Part shown: one piece after another, positions 1 to 10,005 of the stretch | Position numbering within the stretch: the stretch's first letter is position 1 | How the letters are laid out: every line of letters starts with the position of its first letter | Source: a bacterium | GTDB lineage: Bacteria > Armatimonadota > Zipacnadia > Zipacnadales > UBA11051 | Assembly: GCA_021372615.1 (NCBI GenBank) | Contig: JAJFUB010000093.1 | Span: 7,912 to 71,911, forward strand | Direction: 5' to 3' | Length of the DNA: 64,000 bases | The notes under the pieces: model-generated | Told to the model about the DNA's origin: nothing | Database searches by the model: none | Seen by the model: only the letters and a program-made list of their open reading frames with translations | Translations under genes and position numbers: made by a program

Positions 1-2
1 CC

Positions 3-986
3 CTCGCCGGGACGGGCGAGATCAGCCGCGACAACCTCGGCAGCGTCATCTGTCGCCAGCCCGGCACGGCGGGCGAGCCGCGGATCATGGTTGCCGGCCA
101 CATGGACGAGATCGGCTTCATGGTCAAGCTGGTGACCAAGGAGGGGTTCGTCAAGTTCGCGCCCCTGGGTGGCTGGTGGAGCCAGGTGCTGCTCGCCCAG
201 CGTGTCCGCATCCTCACCAACAAGGGCCCGGTGACGGGCGTGGTCGGGAGCAAGCCCCCGCACCTGCTGCGTGACGGCAAGCGCAACGAGGTCGTGGAGA
301 TGCAGGACATGTTCATTGATGTCGGGGCGACGGACCGGGAGCAGGCGCAGGAGGCGTTCGGCATCCTGCCCGGTGACCCCATCGTCCCCGACAGCCCCTT
401 CGCGGCGATGGCCGATGAGCAGATGCTGCTGGCCAAGGCCTGGGACGACCGGGCCGGGGTGGCGATGTTCATCGAGGCGCTCTGGCAACTGGCCGAGAGT
501 GAACATCCCAACACGGTCTACGGGGTGGGGACGGTGCAGGAGGAAGTGGGGCTGCGCGGGGCCCAGACGGCGGCCGAGGCCGTGCAGCCACACGTGGCGC
601 TGGTCTCCGAGACGGCCATCGCCGGGGACATGCCGGGCATCGAGGAGCATGAGTCACCGGTGAAGATGGGCCAAGGGCCGGTCATCTATGTGCTGGATGG
701 CAGCATGATCCCGAACCTGCGCCTGCGCGACCTGGCCCTCGAGACTTGCCGGCAGGAGGGTCTCCCCTACCAGACGACCGTCCTCGAGCGCGGGGGAACC
801 GACGGCGGACGCATCCACGTTTATGCAAGAGGCGTGCCGAGCCTGGTCATCGGCGTGCCCACCCGACACATTCACTGCCACGCCGGCCTCATGCACCTGC
901 GGGACTACCAGCAGTGCGTGCAGTTGCTGGTGGCCCTGTGTCGGAAGCTGGATGCCGCGACCGTGGCGGCGCTGACCGCCGAGTAG
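3..986 (+). CDS. M42 family aminopeptidase (TET/YsdC-like), 5'-truncated by the window edge
   Basis: The frame is open from position 3 (LAGTGEISRDNLGSVI...). It carries the M42 motifs AGHMDEIG, KAWDDRAG, TVQEEVGLRGA, GGTDGG and GVPTRHIH. Confidence 0.92.
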   Translation, partial: LAGTGEISRDNLGSVICRQPGTAGEPRIMVAGHMDEIGFMVKLVTKEGFVKFAPLGGWWSQVLLAQRVRILTNKGPVTGVVGSKPPHLLRDGKRNEVVEMQDMFIDVGATDREQAQEAFGILPGDPIVPDSPFAAMADEQMLLAKAWDDRAGVAMFIEALWQLAESEHPNTVYGVGTVQEEVGLRGAQTAAEAVQPHVALVSETAIAGDMPGIEEHESPVKMGQGPVIYVLDGSMIPNLRLRDLALETCRQEGLPYQTTVLERGGTDGGRIHVYARGVPSLVIGVPTRHIHCHAGLMHLRDYQQCVQLLVALCRKLDAATVAALTAE

Positions 987-1085
987 ATCCTGATAGAACA
1001 TGTCCGGGCCGGATGTACGAGCGGTCACCGACCGCTCGTACACGCGGTTTCGCCTCGTGATTCCGGACCCCAGGGAGCGATTGCC

Positions 1086-2153
<1,068 letters not shown>

Positions 2154-2162
2154 ACGGCCGGG

Positions 2163-2205
2163 ACGGCAACGGCGGGAACGGTGAGGCGGGAACGGTGAGG
2201 CGGGA
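2163..2205 (+). repeat. ACGGCAACGGCG motif followed by a 14-bp tandem duplication (GGGAACGGTGAGGC x2)
   Basis: Read directly at 2163-2205. Confidence 0.8.
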
Positions 2206-2231
2206 CCACGGGAACGGTTGGCGCGAGGGTT

Positions 2232-2300
2232 GTAGTGCGGGCTTCCAGCCCGCCCTGAGTCCTCGGGCCTGACCTGGTGCGGGCTGGAAGCCCGCACCAC
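2232..2300. repeat. GTAG-type REP doublet (inverted pair of palindromes)
   Basis: GTAGTGCGGGCTTCCAGCCCGC (2232-2253) and GCGGGCTGGAAGCCCGCACCAC (2279-2300) are near-perfect inverted copies. Confidence 0.8.
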
Positions 2301-2310
2301 GCCCAAGGGC

Positions 2311-2340
2311 CGCGTGGGCGCGCGTGTCCTCACGCGCGCA
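2311..2340 (+). repeat. REP family A unit (CGCGTGGGCGCGCGTGTCCYCACGCGCGCA)
   Basis: The same or a closely related 30-mer recurs at 22472-22583, 38156-38234 and 38701-38776. Confidence 0.85.
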
Positions 2341-2440
2341 GCCGTGCCAGACGCCCGACGCGGATCGGAAGCCCGCCCTACGAGACCAGGGCGGGGCGTC
2401 GTGGCAGACCCTCGATGGACTGAAATGTAGCTGCAAGACC

Positions 2441-3313
2441 ATGCTGCCAACCGAACTGCTGCGCAGAATCCGCCAGATCGAGATCCGCACGGATCACCTC
2501 GCCAACGACGTGTTCGCCGGCGCCTACCAGTCCACGTTCAAGGGACATGGCATGGAGTTTGCGGAGGTGCGCGAATACCAGGCCGGTGACGACGTGCGGA
2601 CCATTGACTGGCGCGTGAGCGCTCGCACGGGCCGGCCCTATGTGCGCAAGTATGTCGAGGAGCGCGAGCTGACCGTGATGCTGGTGGTGGACGCCAGCGG
2701 CAGCATGAACTTCGGCACCGCCGAGACCACCAAGGCCGAGACGATGGCCGAGGCGGCGGCCACGCTGGCCTTCTCCGCCATCCGCAACAACGACAAGGTG
2801 GGGCTGCTGATCTTCACCGACCAGGTGGAGACCTACGTGCCCCCGCTCAAGGGGCGGCGGCAAGTGCTGCGCGTCATCCGCGAGATCCTGTACGCCAAGC
2901 CCCAGAGCCCTCGCACGGACCTGGCGCGCGCACTGGAGTATGTCAACCATGTGCTCACCCGCCGGGCCATCCTGTTCGTGATCTCCGACTTCCTCACCGG
3001 CGGCTATGCCAAGCCGCTGCAGGTGGCGGCGCGGCGGCATGATGTGGTGTGTCTGCGGGTCGAGGACCCGCGCGAGGTGACGGTGCCGCCGGCCGGGCTG
3101 TTCGAGCTGGAGGATGCCGAGACCGGCGCGCGGCGGATCGTGGACCTGTCCGAGGCGCTGGCCGAGACCATGCGCTTCCAGGCCACCCAGCGCAAGGGGC
3201 AGCTCAAGCAGACCCTGGCGCGCTACCACGCGGACCTGATCGAGATCCAGGCCGGGCAGGCGCCCGCCGAACCCCTCATGGCGTTCTTTGAGAGGCGGGC
3301 GAAGCGGCGATGA
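2441..3313 (+). CDS. DUF58 domain protein (MoxR partner, VWA-like)
   Basis: ELLRRIRQIEIRT, GHGMEFAEVREYQAGDDVRTIDWRVSAR, VVDASGSM and FVISDF. The start was moved from 2324 to ATG 2441 because the upstream extension is REP sequence. Confidence 0.92.
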   Translation: MLPTELLRRIRQIEIRTDHLANDVFAGAYQSTFKGHGMEFAEVREYQAGDDVRTIDWRVSARTGRPYVRKYVEERELTVMLVVDASGSMNFGTAETTKAETMAEAAATLAFSAIRNNDKVGLLIFTDQVETYVPPLKGRRQVLRVIREILYAKPQSPRTDLARALEYVNHVLTRRAILFVISDFLTGGYAKPLQVAARRHDVVCLRVEDPREVTVPPAGLFELEDAETGARRIVDLSEALAETMRFQATQRKGQLKQTLARYHADLIEIQAGQAPAEPLMAFFERRAKRR

Positions 3314-4590
3314 GCGGCCTGACGGCGGAACGGCAACGGCGTCCTCACCCCTACCCCTCTCCCTCGCTCCGCTGCGCTACGCTCCGGAGAGGGGAACGGC
3401 AGCCTCACCCCTTGCCCCTCTCCCTCGCTCCGCTGCGCTGCGCTCTGGAGAGCGGGGGACGACTCTGGGCGACCTTTGCTGGACACAGGAGTCCGTTGCC
3501 GTTGCCAGACACCAACCGCCACACGTCGGTCAAAGCCGCCAACATGTCTACACCCTCCACCCCTCCCCCGTGGGGAGGGGTCGCTGCGAAGCAGCGGGGG
3601 TGGGTTGCCGCTCTCGCGCTGTTGCTCCTGGCTCTCCCCCACCTCGCCGGCGCCGCGGGGACCATTGAGGCCACCGTGGACAAGCAGAAGGTGACTGTGG
3701 GCGAACCGTTCGTCTACATGGTTAACATGCTCGTGCCGCAGGGGGCCCAGGAGGACCTGCCCGGGGAGAAGGCCACCTTCAAGGGCCTGGAGGTCCGCAA
3801 CTACCAGCCGCAGGAAGTCCCGCAGACCGATGGCAGCCGGCAGGTTGTGCTGCGCTACACGCTCGTGTGCTTCGATGTCGGCCTGGCCGGGATCAAGGAC
3901 TTCCGCGTGCCGGTGCGGATGCCCAACGGCGACCAGGAGAAGTGGCTGGCCCCGCCGTGCGAAGTGACCATCGCCAGCGTGCTCCCCGAGAAGGGCCAGG
4001 TGCAGCCCAAGGGGTTTGCCGGGCCGATCATGCTGCCCTCAAGCTGGACGCAGTGGCTGTGGGCGGCGCTCATCGCCCTGCTGATCCTGGGGGCTGTGGT
4101 CGCAGCGATCATCCTGTGGCGGCGACGCCGACAGGCCCGGCCGACCGTGGAGCCCGAGCGCCTCCTGGCGCCAGATGAGGCGGCGCTGGCGGCGCTGGGG
4201 CGGCTGCGTGAGGAGGATCTCGTCGCGACCGGCAGCTTCCTGGCGTTCTACCAGCGGCTCGATGAGATCCTGCGGGCGTGGCTGCAGGCGCGGTTCGACA
4301 TCCCCGCCCTGGAACGCACGACGATGGGGACGATGTACTTCCTGCGCGCGCGGCGCGAGGCTGACTCGTGGCGCACGGGCGTCCTGGAGTTGCTGCACGC
4401 CGCCGACCGCGTGAAGTTCGCGAACCTGCCCCCGAGCGATGGCGAGGCCTATGAGCATGTGGAGCAGGCGGCGCAGGTGATCGAGACGGCCAAGCAAGCC
4501 GTGGCAGAGGCGGAAGCCGAGGCTGCGGCCCGGGCCGCAGCCGAAGCACAGGTGGCTGAGGCGAAGCAGCGGGGGGGGCGCCGGCGATGA
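3310..4590 (+). CDS. Bat-operon exported/membrane protein (BatD-like N-terminal domain, one TM, DUF4381-like C-terminus) with a repeat-derived N-terminal extension
   Basis: Signal-like WVAALALLLLALPHLAGA, then IEATVDKQKVTVGEPF. TM WLWAALIALLILGAVVAAIILWRRRR, then DEAALAALGRL...ADRVKFAN. Its ATGA overlaps the DUF58 stop. Alternative start at ATG 3544. Confidence 0.75.
   Translation: MSGLTAERQRRPHPYPSPSLRCATLRRGERQPHPLPLSLAPLRCALESGGRLWATFAGHRSPLPLPDTNRHTSVKAANMSTPSTPPPWGGVAAKQRGWVAALALLLLALPHLAGAAGTIEATVDKQKVTVGEPFVYMVNMLVPQGAQEDLPGEKATFKGLEVRNYQPQEVPQTDGSRQVVLRYTLVCFDVGLAGIKDFRVPVRMPNGDQEKWLAPPCEVTIASVLPEKGQVQPKGFAGPIMLPSSWTQWLWAALIALLILGAVVAAIILWRRRRQARPTVEPERLLAPDEAALAALGRLREEDLVATGSFLAFYQRLDEILRAWLQARFDIPALERTTMGTMYFLRARREADSWRTGVLELLHAADRVKFANLPPSDGEAYEHVEQAAQVIETAKQAVAEAEAEAAARAAAEAQVAEAKQRGGRRR
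3330..3502. repeat. MITE-like palindromic element (family B) bounded by ACGGCAACGG / CCGTTGCCGT
   Basis: Two tandem CCTCACCCC..CCCTCTCCCTCGCTCCGCTGCGCT..CGCT..GGAGAG units. The terminal 10-mers at 3330-3339 and 3493-3502 are inverted. A related copy lies at 42235-42330. Confidence 0.75.
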
Positions 4591-5597
4591 CCTTCGCCGA
4601 TCCGTGGATGCTGCTGCTGCTCCTCCTGCTGCCGGTGATCGGCTGGCGTCTGGCGCGCCCGGGCAAGACGGGCAGCGCGGTCTCGACCTATCCGGACCTG
4701 CGGCTGACCATGGCCCGCGGGCGCTCGGCCCGACCGTGGCTCGCGCGGCAGTTGCCGTGGGTGCGGCTGCCGGCGCTGGCCCTGCTGATCGTGGCCTGCG
4801 CGCGCCCGCAGGCCCCTGCCGGCGTGCGGGAGATCGGCGGCGCGGGCATTGACATCATGCTGGTGCTCGACATCTCCGGCAGCATGCAGGCCGAGGACTT
4901 CAAGCCCAAGAACCGCTTCACGGTGGCGCGCGAGGTGCTGCGCGAGTTCATCAGCAACGCCGGCGCCAATCGCCTCGGCCTGGTCGTCTTCTCCGGCAAG
5001 GCCTTCACACAGAGCCCCCTGGCCGCCGACCACCAGATCGTGAGCCAGTTGCTCGACCGCGTGCACATCGGGATGCTGGAGGACGGGACGGCCATCGGCA
5101 TGGCCATCGCCACCGCCGCGCACCGGCTGCAGGCATCCCAGGCGCGCAGCAAGGTCATCATCCTGCTGACCGACGGGGTCAACAACCGGGGCGAGGTGGA
5201 CCCGCCCACGGCGGCGGAGGCGGCGGCGGCCCTGGGGATCAAGATCTATGCCATCGGTGTCGGCAAGGAGGGCGGGGCGCCGGTGCCCGTGCCCGGAGCG
5301 CTGCTCGGGCCGCGCTATCTGACCGACCCCAAGACCGGGCGCGTGCTGATGACCAAACTGGACGAGCCGATGCTCAAGAAGATCGCGCAGATCACGGGCG
5401 GGAAGTACTTCCGGGCCACGGATGCCCAGGCGCTGCGCCAGATCTACGACCAGATTGACAAGATGGAGAAGTCGGAGTTCACCGCCAAGCGCGAGCGGCG
5501 CTATACGGAGCTATTCGGCAAGTACGCCGCCTGGGGCCTGGGGCTGCTGGTGCTGCAGACGCTGCTGGGAGCGACGTGGCTGCGCAAGGCGCCTTGA
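4587..5597 (+). CDS. batA: BatA-like VWA domain protein
   Basis: N-terminal MTFADPWMLLLL (BatA N-terminal TM), MIDAS DISGSM, GTAIG, LLTDGVNN and KIYAIGVG. ATGA coupling to the upstream gene. Confidence 0.9.
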   Translation: MTFADPWMLLLLLLLPVIGWRLARPGKTGSAVSTYPDLRLTMARGRSARPWLARQLPWVRLPALALLIVACARPQAPAGVREIGGAGIDIMLVLDISGSMQAEDFKPKNRFTVAREVLREFISNAGANRLGLVVFSGKAFTQSPLAADHQIVSQLLDRVHIGMLEDGTAIGMAIATAAHRLQASQARSKVIILLTDGVNNRGEVDPPTAAEAAAALGIKIYAIGVGKEGGAPVPVPGALLGPRYLTDPKTGRVLMTKLDEPMLKKIAQITGGKYFRATDAQALRQIYDQIDKMEKSEFTAKRERRYTELFGKYAAWGLGLLVLQTLLGATWLRKAP

Positions 5598-5603
5598 CGG
5601 CGA

Positions 5604-5710
5604 GGGGGCTGTCCCGCGGGCCGTACCCGCGGGGCTGTCCCCGACGACGAATGCAGAGGGGGGTCAGCCCCCTGCGGATCAACTGCGTTGACCCTCCGGG
5701 GACAGACCCC
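5604..5710. repeat. REP-like element of the GGGGCTGTCCC / GGGACAGACCCC type (family D)
   Basis: GGGGCTGTCCC twice (5604-5615 and 5631-5642), GGGGTCAGCCCC (5660-5671) and an inverted GGGGACAGACCCC (5698-5710). Confidence 0.65.
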
Positions 5711-5718
5711 GTGACACC

Positions 5719-6765
5719 ATGACTAACTACTTCAAGTGGGGACAACCTGAGGTGCTGGTGTGGCTGTGGGTGGCGCCGGTGCTGGCGCTGCTGGCGTGGC
5801 GGGCCATCCTGCTGCGGCTCGCGGCGGCGCGGCGGTTCTGCCCCACCGCGGGGGACCGACGCCTGGCGCTGCGGCCGCTGCTGGAGCGGCTGGTGCTGCG
5901 CTATGGGTTGGTAGTGCTGGCGACGGCGCTGCTGGTCGTGGCGCTGGCGCGGCCGCAGGTGGGGACGCACCGCGAGCGGGCGCAGCGCAAGGGCGCCGAC
6001 ATCGTGCTGGTGATGGACACCAGCCTGAGCATGGCGGCGGCCGACATGCAGCCCAACCGGCTGACGGCGGCGAAGCTGGCGGCCATCAACCTCGTCAACC
6101 GCCTGCCCAACGACCGCTTCGGGATGATCGTCTTCTCGGGTGATGCGCACCTGTACTGCCCGATCACCATTGACCATGACGCGGTGCAGATGTTCGTTGA
6201 CTCGGTGGAGGTGGGCGCGTCGCCGCAGCCCGGGACGTCGCTCGCGGCGGCGCTGCAATCCGCGGGCGAGGCGCTGGGCAACAGCGAGAGCAAGCACCGC
6301 GCCATCGTGGTGCTGAGCGACGGGGAGGACCTGGCCGGGCAGATGCTCGAGTCCGCCGGGCGGGTGGTCCGCGAGACCGCCGCCCGCATCGAGGTGCTGG
6401 GCTTCGGCAGCCCGCAGGGGGAGCCCATTCCCATCAAGGACGAACAGGGGAACGTGCGCGGGTTCAAGACCGATGAGAAGGGCCAGACCGTGATGTCGAA
6501 GCTGGGTGAGGAGGGGCTGCAGCAACTGGCGACGGTCGGCAAGGGCATGTACTTCCGCGCCATGACCCAGGGGGCGACCGATGAACTGGCCGGGCGCCTG
6601 GAGGCCATGGAGGGATCGCAGGTGGGGATGATGCTCTACACCGACTACGGCGAGCGCTTCCAGTGGCCGCTGGGGCTGGCGCTGGTGCTGCTGGCGCTGG
6701 AGGCGGTGCTACCGGAGCGGGTGCTGCGGCGGCGCAGGCAGGAGGCGGCGCATGAGCAGGGCTAA
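5719..6765 (+). CDS. batB: BatB-like VWA domain protein
   Basis: ALARPQVG, MIDAS DTSLSM, DMQPNRL, DRFGMIVFSG, PGTSL, VLSDGED and a C-terminal ERFQWPL. Confidence 0.9.
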   Translation: MTNYFKWGQPEVLVWLWVAPVLALLAWRAILLRLAAARRFCPTAGDRRLALRPLLERLVLRYGLVVLATALLVVALARPQVGTHRERAQRKGADIVLVMDTSLSMAAADMQPNRLTAAKLAAINLVNRLPNDRFGMIVFSGDAHLYCPITIDHDAVQMFVDSVEVGASPQPGTSLAAALQSAGEALGNSESKHRAIVVLSDGEDLAGQMLESAGRVVRETAARIEVLGFGSPQGEPIPIKDEQGNVRGFKTDEKGQTVMSKLGEEGLQQLATVGKGMYFRAMTQGATDELAGRLEAMEGSQVGMMLYTDYGERFQWPLGLALVLLALEAVLPERVLRRRRQEAAHEQG

Positions 6766-7441
6766 CCGGCGTGTCATCTCCCTGGTGACGTTGCTGCTGG
6801 GGCTGCCCTGGCTGGTGGGCTTTACCTTCCCCGGCGGGCTGCAGCGGCTGTGGCGGCAGGCGGACCGGGCCTTCAAGCGACAGCAGTACGACCGGGCCGA
6901 ACAGCTCTATGACCAGGCGCGGCAGCAGCAGCCGGACGAGTGGCGGCTGGCGTTCAACACCGCCGTGGCGCAGGCGGCGGGGAAGAAGCTCGACGTGGCC
7001 GCCAAGGGCTTTGAGAAGATCGCCGCCAGTGGCCCGCAGGAGTTGCGCGAGCCCGCGGAGTACAATGCGGGCAACTGCTACCTGGCCCAGCAGCAGAAGG
7101 ACCAGGCGATTGAGCACTACAAGCGGGCGCTGTATCTGAACCCCAACGACATGAACGCCAAGTGGAACCTGGAGCTGGCCAAGCGCCAGCAGAAGCAGGA
7201 CCAGCAGCAGAAGCAACAGCAGAAGCAGCAACAGAAGCAGGACCAGAAGAAGCAGAACCAGCCGCAGAAGCAGGACCAGCAGAAGAAGCAGCAACAGCAG
7301 CCCCAGGACCGGAAGATGGACAAGGACGAGGCGCGGCGCCTGCTGCAGTCGTTGAGCCAGGCCGACCGTGACCTGCAAAAGAAGATGGCCAAGCAGCGCC
7401 AGCAGCCGTTCCGCGAGGCGCGGCCGACCAAAGACTGGTAA
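6752..7441 (+). CDS. batC: BatC-like TPR protein with a Q/K-rich tail
   Basis: TPR motifs (AEYNAGNCY, AIEHYKRALYLNPNDMNAKWNLELA), a Gln/Lys tract, EARRLLQSL and a C-terminal KDW. Confidence 0.88.
   Translation: MSRANRRVISLVTLLLGLPWLVGFTFPGGLQRLWRQADRAFKRQQYDRAEQLYDQARQQQPDEWRLAFNTAVAQAAGKKLDVAAKGFEKIAASGPQELREPAEYNAGNCYLAQQQKDQAIEHYKRALYLNPNDMNAKWNLELAKRQQKQDQQQKQQQKQQQKQDQKKQNQPQKQDQQKKQQQQPQDRKMDKDEARRLLQSLSQADRDLQKKMAKQRQQPFREARPTKDW
7186..7310 (+). repeat. Low-complexity CAG/AAG coding tract (QQKQ/QDQQ repeats)
   Basis: CAGCAGAAGCAGGACCAGCAGCAGAAGCAACAG... read directly. Confidence 0.8.
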
Positions 7442-7443
7442 CG

Positions 7444-9201
7444 ATGCACAGGCATGCCCGTCGTCCACGGTGGCTGGTGATCGGGGCCCTGCTGGCCCTG
7501 CCCGCTTGCGCAGGCGCGCAGGCGCAGGTCACCGCGCGCGTGGACCAGCAGGCGGTCAGCCAGGACGAGACGGTGCAGTTGACCGTGACCGTGTCGGGCA
7601 GCGGCCTGAGCATGCTCACCGAACCGACGTTGCCGGACCTCAAGGGCTTCCGTGTCGCCGGCACCTCCACCCAGCAGTCCATCTCGCTCGTGGGCGGGTC
7701 CATGCAGTCGAGCATGAACTACGTCTATGACCTGGAGCCCACCCGCACCGGCAAGCTGACCATCCCCCCCGTCACCGTGACCCTCGGCGGCAAGAGCTAC
7801 CACACGCAGTCGTTCAGCATCATCGTCACTCCCGGCACGGGTGGGGGGGGCAGACGGGTGACACCGAACGTGCCCTTCGGCAGCGATCCCTTCGGGAGCC
7901 TGCCCGCAGGCCAGTCCGCGGACGTCAAGCAGACGGTGGACCGCAAGACTGTGTACGCGGGGCAGCAGATCACCTACACCTTTGCGTTCCTGCAGTGCGA
8001 GCAGCTCTTCGGGGATGTGCAGTACTCGCCGGCGGACACGCCCGGGTTCGTGGCCGAGGAGCTGCCCAATCCGCCCAACTCCACCGAGACGATCGGGGGG
8101 CGGACGTATTCGGTGCAGCGCCGGATGAAGGCCCTGTTCGCGACTTCGCCGGGCAAGCACACCATCGGCCAGGCGAGCGTCGCGGTGACGATGGACCCGA
8201 TGCTGGGCTCCGAGGACCTCGTGGCCGACCCGGTGGGGGTGCAGGTGCTGCCGCTGCCGACGGCGGGGCAGCCGGCCAGGTTCAGCGGGGCGGTGGGGTC
8301 GTTCGCGGTGCGCCTGCGGGTGGACCGGCAGGCTGTGCGGGCCGGGGAGACGCTCAACTGCGTGGTGGAGGTCAGCGGCAGCGGGAACATCCGGTCGCTC
8401 GGCGAGCCCGATCTGGCGCTGCCGGACTGGGTGCGGGTGTACAAGGCGGGCGAGAACCGCCGGGTGAGCCCCGGCGGCGGTGGGGGCGGCCCGGCCGTCA
8501 TCGGCGGGACGGCCACGTTCTCCTACCTGCTGCTGCCGCGCCAGGCCGGGACGCTGCGCGTGGGCCCGGTCAGCTACGCCTACTTCGACCCGCAGGCCCG
8601 TGCGTACCGCACGGCAACCAGCCAGGGGGCGGAGATCACCGTCACGCCGGGGTCGGGCACGGCCGCGCCCGTGGTCCCGGCGGATAACCTGCGCCCGGTG
8701 AAGACGGAGAGCGGCCGGGGTGTGACGCGACCGTGGGCGGGGCAGCGCTGGCTATGGTTCGTGCTCGCGCTGCCGCTGCTGGTGGTGCTGTGGGCGGGGC
8801 GGCAGCGCTGGGAGGCGGAGCGGCTGTTGGCGGCGCCGGAGCACGCGCGCGCCGGCAACGCCCTGGCCCTGGTGCACAAGCGCTTTGACCTCGCCGAGAA
8901 GGCCCTGGCCGCCGGCAACCACGATGTGTTCTATGAGGGTCTGCACGCGGCGCTGCTGGACTACATCGCCGACCGGACGACGGCGCCGCCGTCGGGGCTG
9001 ACGGCCGAGGTGGCCTGCGACCTGCTCGCCGCGCACGGCGCCGATCAGCCACTGGCCGAGGTGGCGCGGGCGCTGGTGGAGCGCACGGCGGCGGGGCGCT
9101 TCGCGCCGGGCGCGACTGATCCGGGCAAAGCTCAACAACTCGTGATCCAGTGCCGGCAGACGGTGGCGGCGTTGCAGCGGCAGGTGAGGCCCGATGCGTA
9201 G
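7444..9201 (+). CDS. batD: BatD family protein
   Basis: Signal peptide, repeated Ig-like BatD domains (VTARVDQQAVSQDETVQLTVTV; FSGAVGSF; SGSGNI; SYAYFDP) and a C-terminal TM. Confidence 0.88.
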   Translation: MHRHARRPRWLVIGALLALPACAGAQAQVTARVDQQAVSQDETVQLTVTVSGSGLSMLTEPTLPDLKGFRVAGTSTQQSISLVGGSMQSSMNYVYDLEPTRTGKLTIPPVTVTLGGKSYHTQSFSIIVTPGTGGGGRRVTPNVPFGSDPFGSLPAGQSADVKQTVDRKTVYAGQQITYTFAFLQCEQLFGDVQYSPADTPGFVAEELPNPPNSTETIGGRTYSVQRRMKALFATSPGKHTIGQASVAVTMDPMLGSEDLVADPVGVQVLPLPTAGQPARFSGAVGSFAVRLRVDRQAVRAGETLNCVVEVSGSGNIRSLGEPDLALPDWVRVYKAGENRRVSPGGGGGGPAVIGGTATFSYLLLPRQAGTLRVGPVSYAYFDPQARAYRTATSQGAEITVTPGSGTAAPVVPADNLRPVKTESGRGVTRPWAGQRWLWFVLALPLLVVLWAGRQRWEAERLLAAPEHARAGNALALVHKRFDLAEKALAAGNHDVFYEGLHAALLDYIADRTTAPPSGLTAEVACDLLAAHGADQPLAEVARALVERTAAGRFAPGATDPGKAQQLVIQCRQTVAALQRQVRPDA

Positions 9202-9952
9202 GCTCCTGCCGGCGGCGCTCATGTGGGTCGCTCTGCTCGCAGCGGGCGGGGGGCACGCGCAGGGAACCTCTCCCTTTGTCGCCGGGAACGCCTACTACCA
9301 GCGCGGCGACTACGAGTTCGCGCGGCAGCAGTATCTGGCGCAGTTGCAGCAGGGCCCGGTGACCCCCGCGTTGCTCTATGACCTGGGGAATGTGTCGCTC
9401 AAGCTGCAGCAGCCCGGCTGGGCCGTCCTGTACTATGAGCGGGCGGCGCTGTATACTCCGCGTGACCGGGACTTGCGGGCGAACCTGGCGGTCGCGCTGG
9501 CGAGCCGCCGGGCGCCGCCGGTTGGCGACGCGCCGGGCTGGCTGGAGTTCATCTGGCAGAACGCGCGGCAACTGTTCACGCTCAATGAGCTGACGGGCGC
9601 CACGATCCTGCTATATCTGGCGTCGTGCGGCCTGCTCGTGTGGCGCTTCCGCACGCGGGAGTTCCGCCGCCGCTACCTGTGGCTCATGGTGGCGACGCTG
9701 GTGCTGCTGGTGCTGGTGGGGACGCTGGCGGCCAGCAAGTGGCGGTCGGACTGGGACCCGGCGCGATCGGTGGTCGTGACGGATGGGACGCTGTACGCCG
9801 GGCCGGCGGACACCTTCCCGGCGGTGCGCAGCGTCTACCAGGGGGAGCTGGCGCGCGCGCTGCGGCACGAGGGGTTCTGGTGCGAGGTGGACCTGGAGAA
9901 CGGCAGCCAGGGCTGGGTGCTGCAGTCGGCCGTCGAGCCGGTGGTGCGGTAA
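9194..9952 (+). CDS. batE: BatE-like TPR + SH3 protein
   Basis: AGNAYYQRGDY, LLYDLGN, LYYERA..PRDRDLRANL, two TMs and an SH3b-like C-terminus (YQGELAR...WCEVDLENGSQGWV). Confidence 0.88.
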   Translation: MRRLLPAALMWVALLAAGGGHAQGTSPFVAGNAYYQRGDYEFARQQYLAQLQQGPVTPALLYDLGNVSLKLQQPGWAVLYYERAALYTPRDRDLRANLAVALASRRAPPVGDAPGWLEFIWQNARQLFTLNELTGATILLYLASCGLLVWRFRTREFRRRYLWLMVATLVLLVLVGTLAASKWRSDWDPARSVVVTDGTLYAGPADTFPAVRSVYQGELARALRHEGFWCEVDLENGSQGWVLQSAVEPVVR

Positions 9953-10005
9953 GGAATGGCGGTTGAGGCGGGCTTCCCCGGCGAAGCCCTCCGACGGAGG
10001 GACTC

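Noticed and set aside
2324-2440. Extended N-termini given by the ORF track for DUF58 and for the ORFs starting at 22725, 26663, 36017, 45318, 45649, 55440, 58513 and 60142
   Set aside because: The extensions translate repeats or intergenic DNA. Downstream starts give better RBS, signal peptide or family N-termini.
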